From Moniliella sp. 'wahieum' (taxonomy: Eukaryota), in assembly GCA_003971905.1 (NCBI GenBank), contig RSEE01000069.1, forward strand, positions 310,001 through 374,000: a stretch of DNA of 64,000 nucleotides, written 5' to 3'. Both the position numbers and the translations under genes were made by a program. Below are positions 14,009 to 26,900 of the stretch, one piece after another; positions within the stretch are counted from its first letter, which is position 1, and each line of letters opens with the position of its first letter. Under the pieces are notes generated by a model, which saw only the letters and a program-made list of their open reading frames with translations, had not been told where the DNA came from and did no database searches.

Positions 14009-14451
14009 ATGGCCGCGCTCGGCATCCCCGTCAAGCTCCTCCACGAGGCCCTCGGCCACATCGTCACCGTCGAGATCAAGGGCGGCGCGTCCTACCGCGG
14101 CAGCTCTTCGAGGCCGAGGACAACCTCAATGTCTCCCTCAAAGACGTCACCGTCACCTCGCGCGACGGCAAGCAGAGTCCCATGGACTCGGTCTATGTCC
14201 GCGGCTCGATGATCCGCTTTGTGTCGTGCCCGACATGCTGCAGCAGGCGCCCATGTTCAAGCGCGTCGGCCCCAACGCGCTCAAGGGCCGTGGCATTGGC
14301 AGTGCCCGCGGCAAGGCAACCATTCTGCGCGGTACGTGCACCGGCCTTCGTCCGCCCTTGCCCTGTGCTACCCTGCTGACCCATCTGTACTGTGCCAGCA
14401 CAAGCGCGCCGCGGACGCGCTCCTCCGCGTGGACAAGGCATCCGCAGGTAA
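14009..14451 (+). CDS. SMD3: snRNP core protein Sm D3; intron 14332-14398
   Basis: GIPVKLLHEALGHIVTVE, EAEDNLN, VYVRGSMIRF, VPDMLQQAPMFKR, RG-rich tail. Intron GTACGT..GCTGAC..CAG. Confidence 0.95.
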
Positions 14452-14997
14452 TTGGATCAAATGCGCACGTCATGGTACACGCACATGAGGTAGGCCTTCA
14501 CACCATTTTTTTTTCTTCTGCTGTGGGACAAGAGTGCACCGCGCTGCGCGGCTGCCACGCCCGTGGCTGAGAGAGCGGGCACGATAGGTACGGTACGATG
14601 AGGTTGCTACGGAGCTTAAAAACGTAAATCAACGGAGACGAGAGAATTTTCGCTCACGGTTCACGCGACTCACGTACTAGCGTCGCAGCTCCCGACACCC
14701 AGGCTACCTATGCAGCGACGCGTCTATATAGCAACTATCCACTCGCAGTCCAGCATCATAACACGTTTCTGCTCCAATAGGTTTGTGTCATTGTTGGGAG
14801 TACTGTCCCCGTGAACGAGATACGCAAAGTGTCGTGACCAGAAAGAAAGTGGCAGGAACCCTTGTAAAGCAAAAGGGTCCTGCAACCTTCTCCAGCCCTT
14901 GGCCGACTGAATTCACAAAGGGTCATTTCGAGGGACTCGGCTGCAGGCAGACAGAGCAGGGCTCAAGCGGTACGGCACCCACGTTACCTGCTCGCAT

Positions 14998-16797
14998 TTA
15001 CCAGAATTTCCACGGCACGTAAACATCCAACACCTTCAGCTGGGGCCAATCCAGGCTCCACCACGCCTCGTCGTCTGGCCCGAGCCCCGAATCAACAATG
15101 TAGTACCACGGGTACTGCGCCGAGGTCAAGCACGAATGTTGGGGCAAGATGCGAATCTTCTGGCCAATGGTTAAGGGTGCCACGGGGGTGGATGGGTCTT
15201 CGGCCTGCTGGACCAGACCGAGGGGGAAAGCCCACTGCTGATGCCATGCCTCCACCCCCCCCGCGCGAGGGGCCAACATGCCATGTTCCTGCGCCGGCCG
15301 CGCAATGCACCACCCAATCGCCTGAGGAGGGCTGACGACATGGCCAAACGAGCCCAATGGCCCCGTATCTTTGCTCATTGCGATTCCGCCCGCATCGCAC
15401 AACGCTTCCCCTCCGTTCGGACGCGAGGGGTAGGCAGAGACGACGGAACTCAGCACGCTGAACCCCACGTCGCGTACGCTCTGCCCTTTGCCCGACGACA
15501 AGGTAGCGTGCGAGCCGGCACAGTCGGGCGTACCGCAACTGGCGCTCGTCGGAATCGCATTGGTTGCGACCTGTTGCAAGTCCAAAAATGGGTAGTTGCC
15601 CGCATGCAACTCAATCACACCTTTCAAGTCGGTCCCGGCCGCCTGGTTGGCGTGCGCACGAGCAAGTGCCGCATGCGCCGTAGGGGTGCTGCCGACACTG
15701 AGCACAAAGCGTTCCGTGTGGCGGGCTTGGGCCGAGCCCGACTGGGCAAGAAGCTCCAACGCCCGCGCGGCCGCCGTGTTGGTCACATCCACCTCGGTCT
15801 GGAGGAATGTATCGGCTTGAGCGACCGACTTGCTCGCATAACTCTGCCCGGCATGCGCATAAAACCCATAAATCACCACGTGCGGACACTTGTGCACCAC
15901 TGCCTGCAACAACGCGTCCACCTCGGCACTCGTTGGCTTATTGCCCGCACGCGATCCGCCCGAGTCAATCTTGACAAACACCGGCCAGGCGTCCCCGCCG
16001 CCCAACGCTTTCTCTTCCTCGGTCAAGCCTGCGGGAACAGCAGCACCCGCGCCAGAAGGCAGTGTCGATGCAGCCACTTGGCCCGTGCGCACTTGCATGT
16101 ACGCCTCCAGCATCTCCACCTGCGCCGCATGGTCGACCATCAGGCGAACCTGCGCCTGCTTGCCCGCCTTACTAAACCGGCGCAGTGCCAGGCGCAGCTG
16201 GAACAGCTCTTCCAACTTGTCCAGCGGCAAGGGCAGGCTATACAGAATCTGCGCACCACCAACGTCACATCATGTCAGTCACTGGTTACTGGTTGTCGGG
16301 TGGGGAGAGTGCGGGCGAGTGCAGAGGAAAGAAAACGTACATCGTCCAGGTAGAGCTTGAGCTGGTCGCGAACAAAGCGTTATCGTCCGACGTGCTGATC
16401 AACCCCCACGCCTCGGGGAACGTGGAAACGACAATCTTGTTGGTGGTAGGTGCGTTGGCTGGGGCCGGTGGCTGGTCCGGGGTCAAGGGCCGGCCGGCGC
16501 CAGCTGAAGCAGCGAAACTTGTGGAGTCTTGTGCGTCTTGACATGTGCTCGGAACGCCACGTTCCATTCCTGCGTCGCGGCATGCAGCATCCGCGCACAG
16601 TTGCGCCGCACCGTGCTGATATCCACAATGGCCGCTGGCGTGCGCACTGCTTCCAGCGGTTGGCCCACGTACGCTGCCCGCAGCACCTCCCGGTCCACCC
16701 CGGCGCTCAGCGAGGGCGCACTGTGCTGCGTCGGCACAAAGGTGGAGGGAGTAAACGTCTGCACGGGAAGCCCAGGCACGGTTCCGGTTGATGCCAT
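14998..16797 (-). CDS. DSD1: Fold-type III PLP/Zn D-serine dehydratase (Dsd1 family); intron 16249-16340
   Basis: RTPAAIVD, FRAHVKTHKT (PLP lysine), VFVKIDSGGSRAG, GFYAHAGQSY, LSVGSTPTAH, ELHAGNYPFLDLQQ, DAGGIAMSKD, QEHG, ILPQHSCLT (Zn HxC), C-terminal VPWKFW*. Confidence 0.9.
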
Positions 16798-18121
16798 GAT
16801 GCCGATCGGTGGGGGCGTGGGCAGGAGGGAGGGGATGGGGTGGGAAGGGAAGGGATGGCAACGGGGCTGGCAGGGCCGATTTAAGTAGCCGTATTAGACA
16901 GAAGGCGATAATCAGCACCTAGTCACCGGAGTAATCCACAATCCACAATCTGCGTAATTTCTCCCCTCCGGTGGCCACAGTGCTGCTGCGTTTGAACATT
17001 GATTGCATCTCCTATCCTTTCCTTCCAGCTCAGCCGGCGACAACTGCCTTGCCTCTGCTGGATTCAATATTCATATCAGCAGGTGGCGCGGGATGGAAGG
17101 ATGGGAACCCACACCGCACTATCGCCAGCGTTGCCCGCGGCCGTGCCAATGGGGTGCGACGACACGCTGTTGGGGAGCGGACGGCCCATTGTCGGATTGA
17201 GTCAGTTCAGTCCTCCTATCAGTCTGAGTGCTCTGTCGTGGTTGCAGCGACCCCAACCGGCGCATGCACGGCGCCATCCTCGGCGCTTCTTCCGGGGCCG
17301 AACGTTGCCCGCTTGCCCGCGGCGAACCGGGGGGGGGGGGGCTATCTATCGCCTATCCGCGCTGCACCTGCCACACTCTGCCACACGCGACAGTCTTGTC
17401 TGTCGGCTGATAATGTGTTGCTACTTTGAGATCTAGCCATCGCCCGTCGCCCGCATCGACCATTGCATGGGCCATCGCTGCTCAGAGTCAGATGTCAGAA
17501 CTCAAGAGTCGCAGGGAGCGGGGGGCTGGCTTGTGTGGTCTCGCACTTGAAGCTTGACGGCGGTTTGGGCGGATTCGTGTTTCGTCGGTATCGCCGTTTG
17601 CCCGCCGTCCCCTTTGAAATTGCATCGCGTGGTTCGGGACGAGTGTTGGGTGGGAAATGCCAACTGCGAACGCAGTCTTACTCAGCCCCTTGGCCGCTTC
17701 CAGCCCACGCGGGCGGGCGGCAACAGGCAGCAGCAGGCGCCGATGGCCAGCTGGGGTGCGGGCGCACGGGCCAGGTGCGCTATCGCTGCTATCGACAATC
17801 GCAATCCGACCGGGTGCTGCTCTTCGATCTTAACTCTTAACCCCAACCCTTCCGCCGCTTCTGCCGCCGGCGGTTTCGGCGGTTGCCGGCTGAGCGGGCC
17901 AGTGCCTGCCTGTGCCGTCCCCCCACTCCATCATGCACCGTGTGTCTTCGTATGCATGATGCAACCCTGCCACACCCCAGGCACGCTATCGATCGATTAT
18001 CGCGCCCCGCGCAAACACCTAAAAGCCCCGCCGCCGCCGCGACCGACAGCCGTGCTTGCTTCCCACCGCCCCTCGCCACACCACACCGCCCCGCCCCACA
18101 CCTCCTTCGCCTGCCGCCGCC

Positions 18122-18628
18122 ATGTCCGTCACCCGCATCAACGCCCCCGACCTGCCCTCGGCGCCCATCTACAACCACGTCGTCGCGGTGCCTGCGACGG
18201 CCAAGCTGTACCTGTCGGGCCAGGTGCCCAACGTGCCCGAGACGGGCGAGCTGGTCCAGGCGGCATCAAGCCCAGCACGGCCCAGTGCATCAAGAACCTG
18301 TCGCGCGCGCTTGACGCTGCTGGCTCCTCCTTGGCCAACTTGGTCAAGGTCAACATCTTCCTCAAGAACATGGCCGATTTCGACGCGGTCAACGAGGTCT
18401 ATGTCGAGCTCATCCCCAACCAGGGCGGCATGCCCGCACGCACCTGCGTCCAGGCTGGCAAGCGTATGTTCTCTCCTCTTGTCTTCTCTTCTGTTGTTCT
18501 GCTCCGTTGGCCAGTGTCTTAGGTCCTTGCCCCGTGCTGTGACTAACTTGAGATCCCATTTGCTCTGCTCTTTGACAGTTCCGCGCGACTGCCTTATTGA
18601 GATTGAGGCGGTTGCGTACGCTCCTTGA
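18122..18628 (+). CDS. ridA: RidA/YjgF/YER057c/UK114 enamine-imine deaminase; intron 18464-18578
   Basis: PIYNH, LYLSGQVP, LDAAGSSLANLVKVNIFLKNMADFDAVNEVY, MPARTCVQ (catalytic Arg), LPRDCLIEIEAVA. Intron GTATGT..ACTAAC..CAG. Confidence 0.93.
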   Translation: MSVTRINAPDLPSAPIYNHVVAVPATAKLYLSGQVPNVPETGELVQAASSPARPSASRTCRARLTLLAPPWPTWSRSTSSSRTWPISTRSTRSMSSSSPTRAACPHAPASRLASVCSLLLSSLLLFCSVGQCLRSLPRAVTNLRSHLLCSLTVPRDCLIEIEAVAYAP

Positions 18629-19017
18629 GGTGACGGTTTGATATCCGTGCACCACTCGCTCTGGCTTCCCCACGGCGAGATCATATGTCCTTATCCATCA
18701 TCTCAACACTTTGTTTGTTACTCCCCATCTTCCCCGCCCCTTGGTCCCTCTAGAACGTCTAGCAAACGTGGATTAGACCCGAGAAAAAAAATACTTCCGT
18801 CATCGATCATCTCTTACCGTAGCCTTCTGTAGCTCAACTGTGGTGCCGACATTTGGCTCTACTCTACTACCCCGTATCCATCTCGATCCGACACTATTGT
18901 AACCCGCCAGCAAGAGACCGTGCCTTCCTTCTTAGAGCCACAAGACCATACATAGAACAGCAAAAAAGGTTATCTGTACTTATTGTCCCCTTCGATCGCC
19001 CCATGCAGCGTTACGCT

Positions 19018-21053
19018 TTAAGCGTGGAGCGACTTGATCTTCTTGATGATCGAGTCGGGGTCGAGGCCCTGATGGGGGATCTGCTCCCACAGTCCACCCG
19101 AGCCCTCAACCGACGTACCGAGGTGGCCAAACTTGCCCGGGGCCAAGCCGCGCTCGAGCAACCACGAGCCAACCTTGGAGCCGAGGCCGGTCACCTTGTT
19201 GAACGATTCCACCACCAGCAGGAACTTGCCCCCACCCCATACCTTGATCGCCTCCTCGTCCACTACATTCAGCGTCGACTTGTTAATTACACCCACCGTG
19301 ATGCCTTCTTTCTTCAACTTGTCCACCGCATCCACCACGCGGTACAGCATCTCCCCAAACGTCACCACCCATCCGTCGACTTGGCCCGGGGCACCACGAA
19401 TGATATCATCCTTGCCCGGGACAAACTTGTAGCCCTCGCCATAGAAGGGGTCCGATGTGCCCTCCTTGTACACCCACGGCACCTTGGCCCGCGTCGAGAA
19501 AACAAACCGAAGCCCAGGGTCGTAGAGCACCTTCTCAATCACCGCCGTCATCTGCGTCGGGTCGGCAGGGAGAGAGAGACGAGTGGGAACGCCCGCGTCC
19601 GAGAGACCATTGTCGGCAAACAAATTGTTGATACCAAAGTGGCACGTATTGTCCGCCATCTCGTCCACGCCCGAGTGAGAAAAGTGCGAGAGAACGTTGG
19701 ATTTGTTGAGACGGGCCATGGTGAGCTCCGAAATGATCATCTCCAAAAACGCAGAAAAGGTCGAAAAGATACCCGTGCGGTACTCTCCCGGGGGCAGGAA
19801 GGAGCCAAAGCCAGCTGCCGCACTAAAGTTGCCCCGCTCGCAAATGCCCGACGACCAAAACACTTCCGGGTGCTTCTGGTGAATCACCTTGAGCCCCGTC
19901 GACCCTTCCAGGTCCGAGTCAATGCACAGCACCTTCTTGGCATTCTCCTCCTTCGACGTCTTGTCCAGCACCGCCGATACCGCCTCGCCAAACACGACCC
20001 GGTTCGCACCGCGTTCCTTCGAAGACCCAATGTACGTGTACGGGTCCTTGCGCGGCTTGATGCCCTCCAAAATGGTCACCGCTTGGTCGTACCCTTCGCC
20101 CTTGAGGTACTCAATCGCCTTGGGCAACGGAATGACATCGTGACCGTGCGGGCTGCCTTCAATGCCCTTGATGCCTGGCGCCATGGGCCGCTTGGTAATC
20201 ACCGCCACGGGGCCCTTGGTGTTGACCGCCTGAAGGATGCCGTCATACAAGCTGTCCAAGTCCTCGCCGTGTGCTCGCACAATCGTAAGTCCATGTCCGG
20301 CCAACGTCTTGCCCACGTCGTACCCTTTAAAGTACTCCGACGGATGGCCGGCAATCGTCACGTCATTGTCATCAATAAACAACTTGACATCCAGCCCCTT
20401 GGCCACTGCCAAGCGCGCCGCCTCCGCATCGTCCCCCTCTTGCTCCGACCCATCCGAGCCCAGCATAATCGTAATCTTGTCCGAGTGCGCCGCCGCAACG
20501 CCATTCACCATCGACCACATGTGGCCCAACCGGCCCGAAGAAAACTTGACGCCGGGCGTGAGACCCAGCTCGGGGTGGCCCGGAAGTTTGCTGTCGGCTT
20601 CCCGATAGTACAGCAAGTGGTCTGCCGAAAAGGCACCCTCCAGAACCGAGAGCAGGTACTGCGTCGCGACACGGTGCCCAGCCTCGTCAAAAAACGTCTG
20701 GTAAAACTTGTCGCCATCGGCACCGGCAAAGAGCGAGAGCAGAATGACCACCTCGGGCACCGTGTCGTACGGTCCGCCCGTGTGGCCCGACACTGTACCC
20801 CCACACCAAACAACCACACAGAGGTTAGAGCGACCTGGCTAGGGAGGGGGGGGGGGAGGGTAAGCAACGTACCTCCGCGCGCAGCTCCCGAGGCGGTGAA
20901 AAAGACAATCGCATCGCGCAGCAGCTTGATGTTGGCAGCGAGACCCTTCTTGTGCTCCTCGGTGAGCTTGGTGTCCTTGAGCGACAAGGGCACGGGCTTG
21001 TACTGGTCGAGGGGGATGGGGAACTTGGTGATGTCGAACGCTTTGAGAGGCAT
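19018..21053 (-). CDS. Atypical transketolase-like ThDP-dependent enzyme; intron 20793-20872
   Basis: GVSGHTGGPYD, DEAGHR, LPGHPELGLTPGVKFSSGRLGH, ThDP motif variant GSDG...DDN, DSDLEGSTG, GICERGN, SHSGVDEMADNTCHFG. Clean ORF with no indels. Confidence 0.88.
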
Positions 21054-22609
21054 GGTGGGCAGCGTAAGAGTGTAGGTGGGGGCGAGGGAGGGGCTGCGTG
21101 CGCAGACGGTTGGGACGGGGGGGGGTTAAGTAGCAGGCCAGGCAGACTGGCTGGCTGGGAGGGGACGGGTGCCGCGCAGACGGCGGCTGTGGCCCGAGCG
21201 CAGCAGGGGGGCAGTGGCGCCGAGCCGGGGGACAGCCGTCTGGCTGAGGCTCGGCGGCAGGCGTCAGGCCGTCAGGCCTCAGGCCGAGCCGGGGAGGGAG
21301 TATCGAATACGCCGACTGGGTAAGTGGTCACCCGCACTTGGCAGCACACGGGCCGCAACACCACAACAAACGCCAGCAGCGCATGACGTCATGCCCCTCC
21401 CTCCCTTGGCCCCGTCCATCACTAGTCACTGCTACCGACCATCGACCATCGCTGCTCTGCTCCATGTGACGTACTCTCCCGGGGACCAGGGCGCTGCTCT
21501 GCTCCGCTGCTCTCGCGTAAGCTGTGCCAGCTTCAGCGTCAGCTTCCGTGTCCGTCGCCAGGTATAATTCAGTCGCTCAGCCTGAGCGCTCAGGCTCAGT
21601 ACACTCACTACTTGCCTCTTGGATTACATCGGTGTGATTAGATGTGCGCCATCAGCAAGCACATCAGCCTTCAAGCTTTCAAGCCTCAGCGGCCTCGGCC
21701 TCAGGGCTCCTCAGCACCCCAGCCCTCCCGCCCTCCCGCCCTCAGCACTTGGCGCCCATGCAAGCTCACGTGGCTCCTTCCTCTTGGCCCCACTGTGCTT
21801 TGCCCCCTTGCCCAGGTTGCTTCTGCACCCATCGCATAATCCATCCACTACCACTCCCATCACTCTTACGTCGCCTCTCCCCAGCATCACCAGAACCACG
21901 CATCAATCATCATTAATTCATTACGAATCATTAATCACTGTGCTCCCTGCCCTCAAACCGTATAGATATCCCCTTTTCCTCGTCCCCATTCCCACCCACC
22001 CGGTTTGGTGTCACTCTGCTACATCTGCCGTTCCACTCATATCTTTTACAAACGTCGCTCGTTCGACGACCGTGGACGTGGAGTATCCCACCTGCGCTTG
22101 AGCGCAGCCCATGTACGCATACTTATACGGAGCAATACTAGTATGCAGAGAGAGAGGACCAATGGAACAATCTGCATCGGGTCGATCTCAGAGCAGACCC
22201 ACATCCACCGGGAGGGGGGCAAGACCAGCATTCTCGACTTGGTTGGGTCAACCCGAGACTCGTTTGGCGGTTTTGGGCGCGCAGCAATCGGACGGCACTG
22301 CGAGTAGGGTGGCGAGATCGACGGACGGCCGAAGATGGAGACACCTCGACGTCCTCGACTCCTCGACGGTTTCGACATTCTCGACGTCCTCGACGGATTC
22401 GACGTACACGGCATGGAAGGATTGATATTGAACGTTCAAGCTCCATGCTCACGTGTCACGCTGAAATAATGATAGCAGCCGTGGCGGAAGGCCCAGACGC
22501 GAGCGGCGACCACAACGAAGCGCACAGGGCGGTGCTGATGGACGGCCTGCGATGGTGCCTTGCACCGCCCGCTCCCCCTCTTGCGCGCCTTCCACCACCA
22601 CCTGGCACC

Positions 22610-23935
22610 ATGGGCAGCTGCCATCTCGACCAGTGGATCTCGCAGCTATGCGAGTGCAAGTATCTCTCGGAGCCGGATATGGAGTCGCTTTGTGCGCGCG
22701 TCAGGCCATCCTGATGGAAGAAGCCAACATCCAGCCCGTCTCGAGCCCCGTGACTGTCTGTGGCGACATTCATGGCCAATTGTGGGACTTGCTGGAACTG
22801 CTGCGTGTCGGAGGCCGCCGCCGCAGCACGTCCTACATCTTCATGGGCGACTTTGTCGATCGCGGCTACTTTTCGCTGGAGACCTTCTCGTTGCTCATGG
22901 CGCTCAAGGCCCGGTGGCCCGACCGGGTAACGCTCTTACGGGCAACCACGAGTCGCGCCAGATCACACAGGTGTACGGGTTTTACGATGAGTGCCAGCAC
23001 AAGTATGGGAATGCGAATGTGTGGAAACTGTGTTGCCAAGTGTTTGACTACCTCAGCTTGGCGGCCATCATTGATGGTCGGATCCTGTGCGTGCACGGCG
23101 GTCTCAGTCCCGAAGTGCGCATGCTGGACCAGATTCGTACCCTCTCCCGTGCCCAGGAAATCCCACACGAAGGCGCCTTTTGTGATTTGATGTGGTCCGA
23201 CCCGGAGGAGGTGGACACGTGGGCCATGTCCCCCCGCGGTGCAGGATGGCTGTTTGGCAATACGGTTACCACCGAGTTCAACCATCTCAACAACCTCGAC
23301 TTGATCGCCCGCGCACACCAATTGGTGCAGGAAGGCTTGTACGTCCCCTTCCCCACCCGCCGTGTCGCTACGAGACTCAGGGCTGACCGCTTGGAACCGG
23401 CTTAGCAAACTCATGCACGACAATCAGATCGTGACTGTTTGGTCCGCACCCAATTACTGCTACCGGTGCGGCAATGTGGCCTCGATCTTTGAGGTGCCCG
23501 ACTTGCTCAACTTGCCTGCTGACAATACAGGCCCGCAAGCCGACGGTGACACGTTGAATCAGGGCAGTAGCAGGGTAGGCCACTCGGCCTCGCATGCTGC
23601 GTCGCTTTCGGAACCGGGGACCGAATCGGACAGCTTGTCGACCGACGCTCTCGCTCGCTCTCTCTCTCCTCCTCCCCTACCTCTCTAGATTCCTCGCATC
23701 CATCTACGCCCACTGACCCTGCTCCCCCCTCCCTCGCCGACACGCGGCACAAGTCCCCCCGTCTCATCTTGGTTTCCCACCCCCATCTGCGTCCGCCGCG
23801 TCGGCGCCTGCATCCCGATCTGGATCCGGATCCGCGTCCCTCATTGGCCCAGGCCATTTTAAGATCTTCTCTGCTGTGCCCGACACGGAACGGACAACGC
23901 CCAGTCGAATGGCCGCATCGCAGTACTTTCTCTGA
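22610..23935 (+). CDS. SIT4: PP6/Sit4 Ser/Thr phosphatase catalytic subunit; intron 23339-23405
   Basis: [44 protein letters not shown] (Sit4-type), [32 protein letters not shown]-terminal YFL*. Confidence 0.92.
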
Positions 23936-26900
23936 CCTTGGGCACGACACTCGACACTCGACATTCGCATGCATCATGGCCATCCACCATGGCCCGCTCA
24001 ATGGACCACCATATCTTATCACTTACTTGGCCTGGCCTGGCCTTGCTTGGGGCACTGGTCGGCGCGCCTTGTCCAACTGGAAGCTAGAGGTGTGGCAGGG
24101 CTTGAAGTATGGCCGGTCACCGTCGAAACAGTTAAGGGTCGTGTGATTGGAGCGTTTTGGTGCTGGGTCGACTAGGTGACTATTAGACTGGAGCCACGGC
24201 AGCGTTAGGGGGCCTGGGGAAGGGTTCGATCCGACTGTTGCCTGTTAACCCATAGGATATCCAGGTCATTAATCATTGGCCCTGTCGAGCACAAGGCGTG
24301 GCTCAGAAGCGGCAGGATGAGCCTCCACTTGCCTTGTTGCTCCGAGAAGTGTCGATGTCTTGGAGGAGCACCATTCTTTTCAGAGGCAGTTCCAGTTGCT
24401 TCTATGTGATGAGATGATTTCGCGATGCCGCAATACCAATGCATAATGCATTACCCTTTGGCCCCAGCCTTTCCCACCATACAAGACCGTCGCGTGTGTA
24501 AGCGGGAGAGCGAGACATGCTAGGTTACAGGTGTGCCCCCTCACATGATCCCGGGTGCGCTTTCCTCTCATCTTCCCACGTGCGGTCTCACAGTGTATGT
24601 TCGTTGAGTAGACCGACAAGCTCGCGCTCAGATTGGTCGCGACCGCAACGCGGTCCTCAGTACTATTGCTCCTTCTATTGCAAGTGTGAACAACACATGT
24701 AGGCAACAGTGTGGGACCCCCTCTGCTGACGCCCAGTTTTCGTACGGGACTCTCCTTATGTAAGGGAGCTCCAGAACCTACGACAGGCGCACAATCTTTC
24801 TCGGGCGCATACGTTCTCGCAATCATTGACCATGGAGGAAACAACCGACTATACGCCACGAGGCGAGGAGCTCCACCGAGGTGGGCTGCGGGATGTGGGT
24901 TGAGCCCAGGCGGGTTGGATGCGTGTTTGCTGATGACGGATGGAGAGGGACCAAATAGGTTTGGGTGGGAATACTCCCCACGACTAAGGAGGCGATCAGG
25001 AAGCTCCTTCTCTTTGTAACTCGCTGACACACTAGACGTGTTGGGGGGGGTTAGATGTGGAATCATGCAAAAACATGAGCTGCTAGTATGTGTCGTCCCT
25101 GACTAATTCTGAGAGAAGAATATGCCAATGTGGACGGGGCACACTCGAGCAAGTTCCGTTCTTCCCTTGATATCCACATGCGAATCAGAGGGTGGGACGC
25201 GAGAGGCATGTCACCCAGTCTATAGTATGGATACTTTGGACTCCGGGAAAACGAATTACAGATGATGGGTGGGTGTGTCTTCTCTCTCAAAGCCATCTCA
25301 TACACGCATACGCTTAGGATGGAAAAGGCGATCGCTGCTTTCATCGGGGTGCATGCGCCTTTTTTTCTCTCACATCTTATCCCACAGTGATTGTACCAGC
25401 CTCTCGGGCCACCCTTCCCCGGCTTCTCTCGCCCACTATGAGCAAGGTGAACATATGCTCGTATATTCATTACTATACTATAGGTCCTTCAACCCCACTG
25501 CAGTATTTAGTAGGTGTCCATACCCTTGCATCGTAGCTCGATATCTGAAGTATAGATCTTGGAATGGATAAGGTGGTTTTGGCCCGGCTTGCCTCGTTCT
25601 CAAAAGTGTCGCTGGCGCACATCCGTCCGTCTGATGGAAAATACGGAATGGCCAGGGTTGAAGGACATCTGGCACCTATACCCGCCCTCTTGGGACTATC
25701 GCTACAGTTCCTACGAATCGCCTGGCACACGACCAAGTATATACTTTGTTTTCCCCGTTCACAAGCACATGGGAGAAAAGAACCTTCCCCTCTCTCGCTT
25801 CGGAGCCTTATTCATACGTGAGATGCCTGCCTTTGCGTCACAAGCGATCCCCCCTCCTTGAAAGAGCAGCGTCTCTCTTTTCCAGCTCGCAACCTTTCCT
25901 ATTCCTTCTGCAGGGGGGCGGATGGACTTTAAACTGATGCCTGCGTAAGGTCCTGATTTGCGCTGTGGAGTAACCTCGGTATGATGGGGGGTCTGACCAT
26001 TCCCCCCCACCGGATTTGTTTTACCTGCGGCGCACTTGCCCCTCTGTCTTGACCGAGGAGATAAGCGACTGTTGGCTTGCCCATACGCCGTACCGACTGG
26101 CTGCAGACTTTTGCCCTACGGTTCATCGCCCACGTTTTCCTAGGTTTTGCCGGGGCGATGGGGGCCTCCTCAACTTGGCACGAATTCAATGCACGCGATC
26201 TTTGTTTGACGCCATTATATCCTCTTCACCTCTTCATGTGATCGTCCCCAACTGCTCACGATCTGGTGGGCACATTTACCTCTCTGCAGCAGTGCCTTCC
26301 CCGTTCGTATCTCGTCTTAATCGCACACTGGAAGAAAGACCGGATGTTGTGGTGCCCCATCCCCCCCCCGCCTCGCACATTATATGTGTTAGGCCGACCC
26401 GCGGGTCCTAACTCCTCATCACAGGAACAGACATTATGGGTACTGTAAGTAGGCCCGGCCAACTTGCCTACGACCGTCCCTACCCGTGTACCAGCTGTGA
26501 CCTCTTTTGCTTCCACCGAGTTGCGCTGATGCTTGGATTGGTCCCTGCCGCTCTCGCGGTGGAGGCGATGGCGTGACATGGCCGGCCTGAAGGTTTGGCC
26601 AAGTACTAAATGGGGGGGGGGGCGTGAAAGTTGAAGACGTTGACGCCACTGGTAGCCTCCAGGGGGCGGCCAGACAGTTGCCCTCCCGAACTCGCATCGC
26701 TTCGCTGGGTTCGGTGCAAACGCCATGGGCTAGGGAGCGGCTGTTCTTCTCGCCCAGAGGTTGGTTGTGCAAGGCAGATCAGATCAATAGTCAGTCCTGC
26801 GCCCCTTCCCCCTGGCATCAATGTCTCAACCTCCAACGTGTTCGCCGTTGTTCAACGTTCAACCGCTGCGCCCACTCAGTACTCACGGACGAGAGAGAGG

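Noticed and set aside
18853..21075. 740-aa plus-strand ORF (and similar long ORFs at 9988-11019, 15241-16353, 32735-34267)
   Set aside because: Antisense shadows of real GC3-rich genes, with no recognisable motifs.
24200..26500. Possible hAT transposase relic (CVVHTCN)
   Set aside because: Only one short motif with no supporting blocks or TIRs; left unannotated.
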